Shown one piece after another: positions 8,926 to 19,287 of a stretch of 64,000 nucleotides of DNA (its first letter is position 1; every line of letters starts with the position of its first letter). A program made the position numbers and the translations under genes. The DNA is taken from the NCBI GenBank assembly GCA_965233585.1, contig CBDDTI010000746.1, positions 416,001 through 480,000 of the forward strand, given 5' to 3'. The stretch is from a bacterium (lineage in GTDB: Bacteria; SAR324; NAC60-12). The notes under the pieces are model-generated. The model made no database searches and had not been told where the DNA came from. It saw nothing but the letters and a program-made list of their open reading frames with translations.

Positions 8926-11163
8926 ATGCTAGAATACTTTGAACGACCTTTTTTGGAAAAACGTCTTCATTCCAATGACAAAAGAATCCAAATGTGGTCA
9001 GCTTATCATCTGGCATTATTTTGGGAAAAAGAAGCCCCCCAGTTTGTTCAAATCCTACTTCATTCCAAAGTCCCTGAAGTCTCTGAAATTGGTATTTTTT
9101 TAGTTGAAAAACATCAAATTCATCAACTCGCATTTGCCGTCTTCCGCTTGTTTACCTCCACTTCTGACAGAACTTTAAAGTTTGTCTGTGCTAACACATT
9201 GGTTCATCTTCAGTATCAAGAGTCCGTCTCACACATCCAAAAATGGCTCACGTACGAGATTGAACCGCTGGAAGTCCAAACATCTGAAATTCAATGTATT
9301 GTTGAAAATTTACTACTGCTCAATCCCCGTAAATATTGGTCTTTTTTAATACAAAAACTGATTCACTCCGAATCGTTTCCCATCAAAACGTTGAACATCT
9401 TCCGTGAATTAGTCAAAGCCTCTTCTTCCAACGAACAACTTCAAGATTTGCTACATCATTATTGCCGTTATCGTCATTTATTTCACGATGTGCATTTCTT
9501 GTATGCTTTTTTCCCGTTGTTTGACAATCAAAAAACTCTCAAGCACCTTGAAAATTTAAAAGCGAGCCAAATCCCTATTTCACAAACTTATACGCAACTT
9601 TTGGCAATGCTTCAAATTTCACAAACGACACAGCAATCCAAAGCATTGCAGAAGCTGGCACAAAATCAGTTTGACCGTGAGGCATTGGGACAATTCACCT
9701 TGTCTTTAGAAGAAGATTCACAAGAGTTTCTTTTTTTCCAAACACTGACAGAAGTAGAAAAGCAAAGCCAAAAACCTATCTTGAGAGTCCAAGAACAAGA
9801 ACACCTGTTTTTACTTTCATTGCCAGTTGTGATGATGCTGAATTTGAGGAAATCAGAAATTTTGGGAATGTCTGAAGAGTGGGGAGAATTGATTGCGAAG
9901 GTGTATCATTCCCCATTTTTAAGTGATTCATTCATGTTAAAAATTGCCAATCAACTTCACCAAAAATTAAAAGGGAATCAAAAGGAGATGCCAGCGCTTT
10001 CTGACCCCAAATATGACACACCCCACGATGCCATCTGGAAGGTGATTGTTGGATATGAAAACTTTGAACACTATCCTTTTTCTTCGGTCTTGCCCAATCC
10101 TGAAAAATATTCTGAACTTGCGTTTTTACTTCCTAGTCTAGTCCAAATTCACAAAGCCAAATTTGAAACCTTAATCTCACAAAATCAAAAAGAAGAAGTC
10201 AGCTATGCTTTAAAACTTTTTTGTCGTCAACCTGATGAGGAGGTGATTCAAATGCTTCTGAGTCACTTTCATACACTCATCCATCATCATTTTTATACTT
10301 TTTTTGAGTTTATTGAGCATGTTCCAGACCCTCAATTTGTTCCTAAACTAGAAGATTATTGTTGTTATGGTGAGCATGAGGTGTATCAGCTCATTCTTTC
10401 TATTTGTGAAATTCACCAAATCCAGCCTCCTCCATCTCTCAATGAACATCAAAATGAACATCAGTTTGACTCGGCAAGTTATAACGTTCGTTTGTCTTGT
10501 CAAGAATGCGAACGCACCTATCATTACTCTCTCCAAACAGTCTATTTCAACCCTGAAGTTTTGGAGCAAAGACGCCTGTTTGCACCCCATGAATTGTGGC
10601 ATCGTGAGCCGTTGTCATGCAAGAATTGTGGGGCAGAAGTCCCTTTTGACACCCCCGAAAGTTTTCGTGCCAACATCTATGCTGATTTGCTTACCTCAAA
10701 AATCACTTCGCTAGAAGGGCTTCAACATTTAAAGATTTTTAAACCTCTTGAAGTCCCCCGCCTTCATGGTGAGAAAATTCCCTTTGCAGAATTTCAAGAA
10801 TACGCAGAAAATAGACTTGCACAAGACGGATTATTGCCCCAAGAACGATTAGAGACTTTGTTAGAAATTGGCAAATTTTGCTTCTCCCTCTCTGATTTTG
10901 CAAATGCCAGAAAATACTTTTTACAAAGCCTGACGTTAGAGCGGCATCTTGCTGTTGCTTTGTTTCACCTTGGTATGATTGCCTTTCAAGAAAAGAACTT
11001 GCGTGACACCAGAATTTACTTTTCCCCTCTGCTTGAAATGGAGACGACAACCGACCAAGAAAAGGAGTGGAAAACATTGGCAAAACACTACATGAATATT
11101 TTGGACACTCCAGATTTTAGAAGGGCGTCATTCAAAGTGATCCCATCTTCTCGTCAGTTTTAA
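8926..11163 (+). CDS. Hypothetical helical-repeat protein with CxxC…CxxC zinc ribbon and C-terminal TPRs
   Basis: Long ORF; CQEC and CKNC; TPR-like LEIGKFCFSLSDFANARKYF and FHLGMIAFQEKN. Confidence 0.7.
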   Translation: MLEYFERPFLEKRLHSNDKRIQMWSAYHLALFWEKEAPQFVQILLHSKVPEVSEIGIFLVEKHQIHQLAFAVFRLFTSTSDRTLKFVCANTLVHLQYQESVSHIQKWLTYEIEPLEVQTSEIQCIVENLLLLNPRKYWSFLIQKLIHSESFPIKTLNIFRELVKASSSNEQLQDLLHHYCRYRHLFHDVHFLYAFFPLFDNQKTLKHLENLKASQIPISQTYTQLLAMLQISQTTQQSKALQKLAQNQFDREALGQFTLSLEEDSQEFLFFQTLTEVEKQSQKPILRVQEQEHLFLLSLPVVMMLNLRKSEILGMSEEWGELIAKVYHSPFLSDSFMLKIANQLHQKLKGNQKEMPALSDPKYDTPHDAIWKVIVGYENFEHYPFSSVLPNPEKYSELAFLLPSLVQIHKAKFETLISQNQKEEVSYALKLFCRQPDEEVIQMLLSHFHTLIHHHFYTFFEFIEHVPDPQFVPKLEDYCCYGEHEVYQLILSICEIHQIQPPPSLNEHQNEHQFDSASYNVRLSCQECERTYHYSLQTVYFNPEVLEQRRLFAPHELWHREPLSCKNCGAEVPFDTPESFRANIYADLLTSKITSLEGLQHLKIFKPLEVPRLHGEKIPFAEFQEYAENRLAQDGLLPQERLETLLEIGKFCFSLSDFANARKYFLQSLTLERHLAVALFHLGMIAFQEKNLRDTRIYFSPLLEMETTTDQEKEWKTLAKHYMNILDTPDFRRASFKVIPSSRQF

Positions 11164-11188
11164 ACAACTTTATGAAAGGCTTAGAAAA

Positions 11189-12064
11189 ATGGAAAAAATT
11201 GCTTTTATTGGTCTTGGTGTGATGGGCTTCCCCATGGCAGGTTTTTTAAAAAATGCAGGATATGAAACGACTGTTTACAACAGGACAACTGTGAAGGCTC
11301 AACGGTGGCAAGAGAAGTATCAAGGTCAAGTGGCTTTGACTCCTTGTGACGCAGCAAAAGACTGCGATTTGGTGATGGCATGCGTGGGATCAGACGACGA
11401 TTTGCGTGAAGTCACACTTGGTGAAACAGGTGCTTTTGCAGGTATGAAACAAGGTGCAATCTTTGTAGACCATACCACTACCTCAGCAACCGTTGCCAGA
11501 GAACTCCACACAGAGGCTCAAAAACAGGGTCTTGCATTTGTTGACGCTCCTGTCTCAGGCGGACAATCAGGAGCAGAAAATGGAACTTTGACCATCATGT
11601 GTGGTGCAGAGCAAAACATCTTTCAGAAGGTCAAACCTATTTTGTCAAGTTATGCCAAAAGCATTGTGCGAATCGGTGAGGTTGGAAGTGGGCAACTTTG
11701 CAAAATGATGAATCAAATTTGCATTGCAGGCTTAGTACAGGGTTTGAGTGAAGCTGTCAATTTTGGTCAACGTGCAGGTCTTGACCTTGAGGCAGTTTTT
11801 GATGCCATTTCTCAAGGAGCGGCAGGCTCATGGCAGATGCAAAATCGCTTTCACACCATGTCTCAAGACAAGTTTGACTTTGGCTTTGCCGTAGATTTGA
11901 TGCGCAAAGACTTAGGGCTTTGTTTACAAGAAGCCAAACAGATTCAAGCAAGACTTCCTGTGACTGCATTGGTGGATCAATTTTATGCAGAAGTGCAAGA
12001 CCGAAGCGGTGGTCGTTGGGACACTAGCAGTCTGGTGAGACTACTCCAGTCTTCTAAAACTTAA
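11189..12064 (+). CDS. NAD(P)-dependent beta-hydroxyacid dehydrogenase (MmsB/GarR family)
   Basis: IAFIGLGVMGFPMA, FVDAPVSGG, GSGQLCKMMNQ. Confidence 0.92.
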   Translation: MEKIAFIGLGVMGFPMAGFLKNAGYETTVYNRTTVKAQRWQEKYQGQVALTPCDAAKDCDLVMACVGSDDDLREVTLGETGAFAGMKQGAIFVDHTTTSATVARELHTEAQKQGLAFVDAPVSGGQSGAENGTLTIMCGAEQNIFQKVKPILSSYAKSIVRIGEVGSGQLCKMMNQICIAGLVQGLSEAVNFGQRAGLDLEAVFDAISQGAAGSWQMQNRFHTMSQDKFDFGFAVDLMRKDLGLCLQEAKQIQARLPVTALVDQFYAEVQDRSGGRWDTSSLVRLLQSSKT

Positions 12065-12084
12065 CCCCACCTCAAAATTCGCCC

Positions 12085-12113
12085 TTGTTTTTTGATGAGG
12101 TAGGCATTAGACT
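12085..12113 (+). promoter_or_regulatory. Sigma70-type promoter for tRNA-Pro
   Basis: TTGTTT-N17-TAGACT, 15 nt upstream of the tRNA. Confidence 0.5.
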
Positions 12114-12128
12114 ATTGCGTTTGCTTGA

Positions 12129-12205
12129 CGGGGTATAGCGCAGTTTGGTAGCGCACCTGCTTTGGGAGCAGGGGGTCGCAGGTTCAAATCCTGCTACCCC
12201 GACCA
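12129..12205 (+). tRNA. tRNA-Pro(TGG)
   Basis: CGGGGTA…TACCCCG acceptor stem, CCTGC-TTTGGGA-GCAGG anticodon arm, GGTTCAAATCC T-arm, encoded CCA. Confidence 0.98.
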
Positions 12206-12245
12206 TTTCTAATCATCGTTCTTGTCTCACTTCCCTAAATCAAAT

Positions 12246-13175
12246 ATGAAAATTGAACAGCTGAATTATCATGGCTGGGAGAATAGCTATTGTTTGAGCA
12301 ATGACTATGTAGAGCTTGTCATCTTGACTGATGTTGGTCCAAGAATCATGCACTTTGCCAAAAAATTAGACAACCAAAATGGTCGCAACTTCTTCAAAGA
12401 ATTTGCTGAAGTACTTGGCACAACAAATCATCGTCATTGGGTGAATTATGGAGGACACCGCCTTTGGCATGCTCCTGAAGACAAAGAACGTACCTACATG
12501 CCAGACAACGACCCTGTTCACTTTGAAACAACAGCAAACTCTGTGACTGTCACCCAGATTCCAGAGCTTGTGACGGGGGTTCAAAAGCAAATCAAAGTCA
12601 TCTTGCAACCAAAAAGTGTCAAGGTGGTTCATCATGTTTTCAATAAAAATTTATGGGAAGTTGAGCTTGCTCCGTGGGCGATTTCTATGATGGCTCAAGG
12701 TGGTTCTATTCTGATGCCAACCACTCAAAAGCAAGAAGGTCGCCTTCAAGCAACTCATTCACTGAACCTTTGGGAGTATTCAGATTTAAGTGATTCAAGA
12801 TGGGAATTTGGAAAACATTGCATCTTACTGCATCAAGACTCATCAAAAGAGACTGCCGAAAAAGGGGGGGTGAGTTCAGCATCTTGGGGAGCGTACTTTA
12901 GAGGCACTGAAGTTTTTTTAAAGGTTTATGCTTTGATTGACAATCAAAACTATCCCGATTTTGGCTCTGCTTTAGAAGCCTATTCTCACAAAGATTTTAT
13001 GGAACTTGAAACTCTTGCACCTTTGCAAAAAATTGCTCCTCAAGGTGTGGCAACCCATGTAGAAGAATGGCATGTTTTTGATTTGGAACAAAAACCCACT
13101 TCACCAAACGAAGCGTGGGAAATGATTTCCCCACTTGCCGAGGAAGCTGTCAACCAATTTGACACAACTTTTTAA
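12246..13175 (+). CDS. Conserved hypothetical protein, galactose-mutarotase-like fold likely
   Basis: DVGPRIMHF, YGGHRLWHAPE, YPDFG, FMELETLAPL motifs. Confidence 0.6.
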   Translation: MKIEQLNYHGWENSYCLSNDYVELVILTDVGPRIMHFAKKLDNQNGRNFFKEFAEVLGTTNHRHWVNYGGHRLWHAPEDKERTYMPDNDPVHFETTANSVTVTQIPELVTGVQKQIKVILQPKSVKVVHHVFNKNLWEVELAPWAISMMAQGGSILMPTTQKQEGRLQATHSLNLWEYSDLSDSRWEFGKHCILLHQDSSKETAEKGGVSSASWGAYFRGTEVFLKVYALIDNQNYPDFGSALEAYSHKDFMELETLAPLQKIAPQGVATHVEEWHVFDLEQKPTSPNEAWEMISPLAEEAVNQFDTTF

Positions 13176-13202
13176 CTTCAACCTTTAGCTTTTTAAAAAA
13201 TT

Positions 13203-14534
13203 ATGTTCACTCGCCTCTTTTCATTCCTCTTCTCTATTTTTATGCCTATGATGATTTATGCTGATTTGAAGGAAGGACTTTATGCTAAGTTAGAGACTTC
13301 CAAAGGAGACATTACTTTTCAACTCTTCTATGACAAAACCCCAAACACTGTTGCCAATTTTGTTGGTTTAAGTGAGGGAACTAAAACATGGTATGACCCC
13401 ATCACTCAAGAAGAGAAAAAAAGTAAATTTTACGATGGGCTTTTGTTTCATCGTGTCATTGCAGATTTTATGATTCAAGGTGGTGACCCGCTGGGCAATG
13501 GCACAGGTGGACCGGGTTATCAATTTGCCGATGAATTTCACCCAGATTTAAAGCACGACCAAGCAGGTATTGTGTCTATGGCAAACTCTGGACCTGGTAC
13601 GAATGGAAGCCAGTTTTTCATCACACACAAAGAAACCCCGTGGCTTGATAACAAACACTCTGTTTTTGGTAAAGTCGTAGAAGGTCAAGAGGTGGTTGAT
13701 GCTATTGTGCAAGGCGACGTCATCAAACATGTCACCATCATCAGAATTGGCAAAAATGCTGAAGATTTTGACCCTGCCAAGATTTCACAAAAACTGGAAA
13801 AAGAACAAGCCCAAAGGAGAGAAAAGAACAAAAAGGTGATTCCCAAAGCATCAGGGAAAATTGACAAATCTCGTATCCCTCAAGACAATCAAGCCATTGC
13901 AAATGAGGCATCTGCTAAGGTCTTAGTGATTGCTTATCAAGGGTCAAATTCTTCTAAGTCTGACATTTATTACGACAAAACAGGTGCTTTGGAAGTGGCA
14001 AAACAATTAAGCAACCTTGCAAGGCATGAAAAGACAAATTTTGACGACTTGATTGAACAATTTAGTGATATGCCAGAACAAGCCCTTCTGCCTTTGATTA
14101 AAAAAGATGATGCAAGACTGCCCCAGTTTCTTAAAGAAGGGGCGTTGTCTTTAAAAGAAGGACAAATTAGCGACCCTGTGGATTCTCCTTTTGGATACTT
14201 GGTTTTTCAACGGATTACTTTGGAGACTGCAAAGGCAAGGCATATTCTAATTGCTTATCAAGGGGCTGCGAGGTCAACACAATCCCGCAGTCAAGACGAA
14301 GCAAAGAAGCGAGCAGAGGAAGTCCTTAAAAAAGCTAAAGCAGGGGAAGATTTTGCAACACTAGCCGAACAATTTTCTGATGGTCCTACCAAAGAACGTG
14401 GGGGGGATTTGGGTGAATTTCCACAAGGAGTGATGACTCCAGAATTTGACGAGGCTGTTTTTTCTATGAAAGCAGGAGAGATTAGCAACATTGTTGAAAC
14501 TCCCTTCGGGTTTCACATCATTCAAAGATATTAA
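13203..14534 (+). CDS. Peptidyl-prolyl isomerase: cyclophilin domain fused to two parvulin domains
   Basis: [40 protein letters not shown]…FSDGPT…GGDLG…[10 protein letters not shown]; a more degenerate parvulin copy ending SPFGYLV. Confidence 0.92.
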   Translation: MFTRLFSFLFSIFMPMMIYADLKEGLYAKLETSKGDITFQLFYDKTPNTVANFVGLSEGTKTWYDPITQEEKKSKFYDGLLFHRVIADFMIQGGDPLGNGTGGPGYQFADEFHPDLKHDQAGIVSMANSGPGTNGSQFFITHKETPWLDNKHSVFGKVVEGQEVVDAIVQGDVIKHVTIIRIGKNAEDFDPAKISQKLEKEQAQRREKNKKVIPKASGKIDKSRIPQDNQAIANEASAKVLVIAYQGSNSSKSDIYYDKTGALEVAKQLSNLARHEKTNFDDLIEQFSDMPEQALLPLIKKDDARLPQFLKEGALSLKEGQISDPVDSPFGYLVFQRITLETAKARHILIAYQGAARSTQSRSQDEAKKRAEEVLKKAKAGEDFATLAEQFSDGPTKERGGDLGEFPQGVMTPEFDEAVFSMKAGEISNIVETPFGFHIIQRY

Positions 14535-14569
14535 ACCAAATAAAGACCCTCAATCAAAGTCAACCAAAA

Positions 14570-15577
14570 TTAAAGTTCAAAGATTTCATCAACTTGAGGC
14601 GGTCTGTATAAAAGTTCGTCAATTTGCACTGCCTTGTGTCCTTTGTAACTTCCTTGAAAGCCTGTAAATTTTTGCTCTCCATTGACCAAAATTTTAAGGG
14701 GTTTGTTCTTTTCATGGTTAAGCATAATCACTTCTCCTTGAGAAAGCCTTAAAAATTCCTTCACCGTTGCTGAACACCTGCCTAATTCTACGACCATTTC
14801 TACTGGCGTTTGGTCTAAATTCTTTTTAAAACGATTGCTCCATGTGTTGTCTTTTTCATCTTGCTCACTTTGAAAACCTGCATTCAGTTTGCCACGAATA
14901 GGTTCAATCATAGAATAAGGAATGCACAAAGTGATAGACATGGGAGCGCGTCCCAGCTCAATGTCAAAAGTCACAACAATCACAATCTCACTATGAGGCA
15001 CAATGGCAACAAACTGAGGGTTGACTTCATTCCTTGTGTAGTTGACTTGCAAAGGAAACACAGGTCTCCATGAGCTTTGCAGGTCTTCCAGTCCACTGAT
15101 GACCACACGTTTGATCATACGTTGTTCAATCTCTGTAAAATCCCGACCCTCTGCCTTCACTTCTAATTCTCCTGTCCCTCCAAAAAATAAATCAATCAAT
15201 GTAAACACAAGCCGTGTTTCCAGCACCATGATTCCATTACCACGCAGGGGGTTCATACGGAACAAATTGAGAGAAGACGGCACAGGCAGGGTTTTCAAAA
15301 ACTCTCCAAATTTGATCAATTCCATAGAACGAACACTAATGTCAGCAACTTTACGTAACGCACTTGACACTGTGAGGCGGAACAGACGAACAAAACGGTC
15401 ATGGATGATCTCCAATGTTGGCATTCTTCCCCGAATGATACGGTCTTGAGCAGTCAAGTCAAATGGAACGACCTCATCGGGGTCATATTCTGTCTCATCT
15501 TCTCCGACGCCAAAATCATCTTCGCTAATTCCACGCAAGAGCGCATCTACTTCATTTTGCGAAAGTACTTGTCCCAT
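14570..15577 (-). CDS. fliM: Flagellar motor switch protein FliM
   Basis: N-terminal LSQNEVDALL CheY-binding motif, GRDFTEIE, EVNPQF, C-terminal SpoA domain. Confidence 0.96.
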   Translation of the reverse strand: MGQVLSQNEVDALLRGISEDDFGVGEDETEYDPDEVVPFDLTAQDRIIRGRMPTLEIIHDRFVRLFRLTVSSALRKVADISVRSMELIKFGEFLKTLPVPSSLNLFRMNPLRGNGIMVLETRLVFTLIDLFFGGTGELEVKAEGRDFTEIEQRMIKRVVISGLEDLQSSWRPVFPLQVNYTRNEVNPQFVAIVPHSEIVIVVTFDIELGRAPMSITLCIPYSMIEPIRGKLNAGFQSEQDEKDNTWSNRFKKNLDQTPVEMVVELGRCSATVKEFLRLSQGEVIMLNHEKNKPLKILVNGEQKFTGFQGSYKGHKAVQIDELLYRPPQVDEIFEL

Positions 15578-15698
15578 AATTGATTCCCTTTCTTAAAAAT
15601 GATTGATTAAATTTAATTTCAAATTCATACAACGTGGCGTTTGGTCTATTTTATGCTTTTCTTTGACATTTTGTTCATCTCTTTCATTTCTTGTGTTT

Positions 15699-16118
15699 AT
15701 GGAATCACTTCTACTCAATTTCACACTGTTTTCTTTTTCATTTGCCAGTGTTGCTGTCATCGCAGAGCTAATTAAGGACTACTTAAAAAGAAAGCGTCTG
15801 AAACAACCAAATCAAATTGGGTCAGCACTGCAAGCCATCAAGCCGATTGTTCAACCATCAGGCACTGTCAAAACCCCTCACAAAAGCAAGCTGTTTCTTT
15901 TAGATGAGAAGCTGGCTCAGATGGGTTACGTCTCAACAGAGCAACAACTCGGATTCATCAACTGGGTTTTGAACAGTCGTTTAAGGAGTGTGAACGAAGT
16001 AGATGCCAAAGAGATTCAATATCTTTTCCGAACCATCAAACGTTACGCTCCTGCTTCAATAGATAAACCTGTGAGTGATGCCAATGTTGCTGCGATTGTC
16101 AAAGCATTTGCAGTCTAA
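15699..16118 (+). CDS. Hypothetical membrane-anchored protein
   Basis: ORF fills the gap between fliM and rng; N-terminal hydrophobic segment followed by KRKRLK; start uncertain. Confidence 0.55.
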   Translation: MESLLLNFTLFSFSFASVAVIAELIKDYLKRKRLKQPNQIGSALQAIKPIVQPSGTVKTPHKSKLFLLDEKLAQMGYVSTEQQLGFINWVLNSRLRSVNEVDAKEIQYLFRTIKRYAPASIDKPVSDANVAAIVKAFAV

Positions 16119-16121
16119 AAT

Positions 16122-17609
16122 TTAGTAGGGGCAAAACTCAAATTGTTCATGATGAAACGACACTTGAGAGTTGCAAGTCAGTTGGATTGACATGTGCTTC
16201 TGCTTTTCTTCTATGAGATTGGTTTGATTGGCTAAGTAATCATGGACGTCAGGGTGAACAAGGATAGAAAGTGAGCCGTTTTGATGTTCAGGTTTATAAC
16301 GTTCTAACTCACGCATAATCTCATGGCTGACAGTGGCTGGCGATTTAATCACACCATTGCCGTCACAATGAGGGCATGGGTTAGATAAATATCTAGTGAT
16401 ATTTTCACGGTCTCTCTTGCGCGTCATTTCCACTAATCCCATCTCGCTAATCTGCAAAATACGGCTCCGAGTCTTGTCAGATTTTAATTCTTCCTTCAAT
16501 GCACGATACACACGATCTCGGTGTTCTGGTGTATTCATATCAATAAAATCAATGATAATGATGCCCCCAATGTTCCTTAATTGAATTTGGATGACGATTT
16601 GTTCCACTGCCTCAAGATTCGTTTTAAGAATCGTTTGTTCATGGTTTTCTTGCCCAACAAAACGACCTGTGTTGACATCAATGGCAGTCAAGGCTTCTGT
16701 TTGGTCAAAGACTAAAAACCCACCTGATGGCAGGCTGATTTTACGACTGAGAATGGAGTCAATCCCATATTCCACACCATAATAATCAAAAATAGGTAGA
16801 GGTCGTTTGTAAAGAGACAAGATAGGCAAATAGCGGGGCATGTATTTGCTAAAAAACAATTTGAGCTTTTCAAACTGCATGGAATCATCAATGACAAGCT
16901 GATCAATGTCTGGTGAAAGTGTGTCTCTGACGATACGAAATAGAATATTTAAATCTTCATGGAGCAATGCAGGAGCTTGCATGTTTTTAGAGTTGTATTC
17001 TACCTCATGCCATGCAGAAACCAAGTAATTGAGGTCAGTTTGGATGTCTTCTTCAGACCGAGACTCTGCAACGGTGCGAATGATGACTCCAGAAGGGTCA
17101 GGTTTCTTTTTTTGAACGAATGTTTTAAGTCGGTTGCGTTCTTCTGCAGAAGAAATATAGCGTGAGACACCTATCATATCTTCTTGGGGCAAAAAGACTA
17201 AATTGCGCCCAGCAAATGAGATGCTCGTCGTGACTCTTGCCCCCTTGGTACCAATAGCGCCCTTAGCAATTTGAACAAGAATTTCTTGTCCTTCTTTGAT
17301 TAATTTTTGAATAGAGGGTCTTTCAGAATCTCTCGTGAGGGCGTGTTCTCCCAACTCAATCATCGCATCATATCCAGAACGTTGAGGCTGATACAGGTCA
17401 TCAATGTACAAAAATGCAGAACGTTCACTACCAATGTCAATAAACGCTGATTCCATACCCGGTAAGATTTTTTGAACGACTCCTTTATAAATATTTCCAA
17501 CATGACCTTTGTCTTGTGGACGTTCATAAAATAATTCCGTGACACGTTTGTCTTCAATCACAGCAACACGTGTTTCATAAAAAGCACAATTGATAACAAT
17601 AGATTTCAT
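16122..17609 (-). CDS. rng: Ribonuclease G (Rne/Rng family)
   Basis: GNIYKGVVQKILPGMESAFIDIG, TEALTAIDVNTG, IGGIIIIDFIDM, CPHCDG. Confidence 0.93.
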   Translation of the reverse strand: MKSIVINCAFYETRVAVIEDKRVTELFYERPQDKGHVGNIYKGVVQKILPGMESAFIDIGSERSAFLYIDDLYQPQRSGYDAMIELGEHALTRDSERPSIQKLIKEGQEILVQIAKGAIGTKGARVTTSISFAGRNLVFLPQEDMIGVSRYISSAEERNRLKTFVQKKKPDPSGVIIRTVAESRSEEDIQTDLNYLVSAWHEVEYNSKNMQAPALLHEDLNILFRIVRDTLSPDIDQLVIDDSMQFEKLKLFFSKYMPRYLPILSLYKRPLPIFDYYGVEYGIDSILSRKISLPSGGFLVFDQTEALTAIDVNTGRFVGQENHEQTILKTNLEAVEQIVIQIQLRNIGGIIIIDFIDMNTPEHRDRVYRALKEELKSDKTRSRILQISEMGLVEMTRKRDRENITRYLSNPCPHCDGNGVIKSPATVSHEIMRELERYKPEHQNGSLSILVHPDVHDYLANQTNLIEEKQKHMSIQLTCNSQVSFHHEQFEFCPY

Positions 17610-17642
17610 ATAAAAAAGTGTAGAGAAGTTTTGAGAAGAATG

Positions 17643-18374
17643 TTAGACGTCTGAAATCAATGTGAGCATCTCTTGGACAGCATGAGAAACCCCTTTGATG
17701 AGTGAATAGCTGACAATACTGTGTCCGATATTGAGTTCTTTCAAATGGGGTAGTTCGCAAACTGCTTGTACATTTTGATAATCCAAGCCATGTCCTGCAT
17801 TGACCTGTAACCCGTGCTGGTGTGCCTCTAATGCTGATTCTTCCAGTGCCTCCAGTGCCTGCAAACGTGTGAGTGTGTCATGTGCTTGTGCATAAGTCCC
17901 TGTGTGGAGTTCAATCTGGTCGGCATGCACCTCATGGGAGGCTCGGATTTGCTTGACATTGGGGTCAACAAACAAACTCACTAAAATTTGATTTTGTCTT
18001 AAAGTTTCAATGGTCTGTTTCAGTTGGTCAGATTGTTGAATGAGCGTCACAACATCTAATCCTCCTTCAGTTGTCAATTCTTCTCTTCTTTCAGGAACAA
18101 GTGTCACCATGTCAGGTTGGACTTCCAAAGCAAATGCCAACATTTCTTCAGTTGCTGCTATTTCCAAATTCAAGCGAGTTTGCACTTGATGACGCAAATT
18201 GATGACATCTTGGTCTTGAATATGGCGTCTGTCCTCCCGAAGATGCACAGTGATTCCATGAACCCCTGACTGTTCTGCAAGCTCTGCATATTTTAAAGGA
18301 CAAGGCTCAACACCTTTCCTTGCCTCCCGCAATGTGGCAACATGGTCTATGTTGACATGCAAACAAATTGTCAT
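17643..18374 (-). CDS. pdxJ: Pyridoxine 5'-phosphate synthase
   Basis: VNIDHVATLREAR, ITVHLREDRRHI, TTEGGLD, NAGHGL, ELNIGHSIV. Confidence 0.97.
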   Translation of the reverse strand: MTICLHVNIDHVATLREARKGVEPCPLKYAELAEQSGVHGITVHLREDRRHIQDQDVINLRHQVQTRLNLEIAATEEMLAFALEVQPDMVTLVPERREELTTEGGLDVVTLIQQSDQLKQTIETLRQNQILVSLFVDPNVKQIRASHEVHADQIELHTGTYAQAHDTLTRLQALEALEESALEAHQHGLQVNAGHGLDYQNVQAVCELPHLKELNIGHSIVSYSLIKGVSHAVQEMLTLISDV

Positions 18375-18392
18375 AATCTCTCTTCTTTCATC

Positions 18393-18512
18393 TTAAATTT
18401 TGATTTCAATTTCCTTGGGCCAGCACTGAACAATGACCTTTTGATTTTTTGGTTTAAGCCAGTTGACCAAGTTTTTTATAAAAGGGAAGTATTTTATCAG
18501 AAACTCCGTCAA
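18393..18512 (-). CDS. Possible 39-aa small protein (MTEFLIKYFPFIKNLVNWLKPKNQKVIVQCWPKEIEIKI)
   Basis: TTG-started ORF that fills the lpxH-pdxJ gap; no clear RBS or known motif. Confidence 0.25.
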   Translation of the reverse strand: MTEFLIKYFPFIKNLVNWLKPKNQKVIVQCWPKEIEIKI

Positions 18513-18514
18513 TC

Positions 18515-19285
18515 TCAAGCTGAAGACCAGACCTGTTCTTTCCAAACCAGTTTGTTGATTCTTCCATCTGGTGCAATAGCCAACACAGATTTAGAAGCAA
18601 GCCAGTCTGGGACAACTCTCATTTTGGCAATGCCTTGAGAATTAGACACGACACGGTCTTGGTGAAAATGTCCTACAAAATAAGTTGTGAATTGGTCAGG
18701 CAGTTGGTCTGCAAAAGACTGGCATTGTTGTTCAGGAAAGCAGATTTTAAAGGCTTGGTCTGTTTTGGCTAATGTGGACTCTCCTTTCATTGCAAGTTTT
18801 TGGGCATAAAATGTAGGAATCTGCCGAATCAGCCATTCTGTAAGAGGGTGTCGGATCAATTTCTTCCAACGCAAATATTGCTTGTCTTGCTGATTGATTT
18901 CATCGCCATGTGTGAAGCCAAAAAAAGAGGTTGCCCACCTGATTTGCAGTTCGTGATGTGTGATGTGTGTGAAATACTTGGCTTGTGCAAAGATGGCAAA
19001 CTTTGAGGTCAATAAATCACGATTGCCCACTGTGAAACAAGTCACGATGCCCCGTTGAGTCAGTTCTTTCCAAGTTTCCAAAAGCAGACGTTGCGAGGCA
19101 TTCCAAAATTTTTCTTCTCCAAGCCAGATGTGAAATAAATCACCTAAACAAACAATACAATGAGCATCAGGTAATTTTTGGAGTGCCAAAGCAAGCTCTT
19201 CAGCAGGGGCGTTGGGAGACCCAATATGAGAGTCTGCAATCAGATACAAAAAGCCACGGGTTTCAGACAAGTCAATCAAAGACAT
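18515..19285 (-). CDS. lpxH: UDP-2,3-diacylglucosamine hydrolase (LpxH-type metallophosphoesterase)
   Basis: IADSH, LGDLFHIW, GNRD, THGD, GHFH. Confidence 0.8.
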   Translation of the reverse strand: MSLIDLSETRGFLYLIADSHIGSPNAPAEELALALQKLPDAHCIVCLGDLFHIWLGEEKFWNASQRLLLETWKELTQRGIVTCFTVGNRDLLTSKFAIFAQAKYFTHITHHELQIRWATSFFGFTHGDEINQQDKQYLRWKKLIRHPLTEWLIRQIPTFYAQKLAMKGESTLAKTDQAFKICFPEQQCQSFADQLPDQFTTYFVGHFHQDRVVSNSQGIAKMRVVPDWLASKSVLAIAPDGRINKLVWKEQVWSSA

Positions 19286-19287
19286 GA

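Noticed and set aside
12129..12250. tRNA-Pro as an island integration site
   Set aside because: No integrase nearby and no duplicated tRNA 3' end seen; flanking genes look native
14570..15577. Isolated fliM as a novelty
   Set aside because: Dispersed flagellar genes are common and the protein looks canonical
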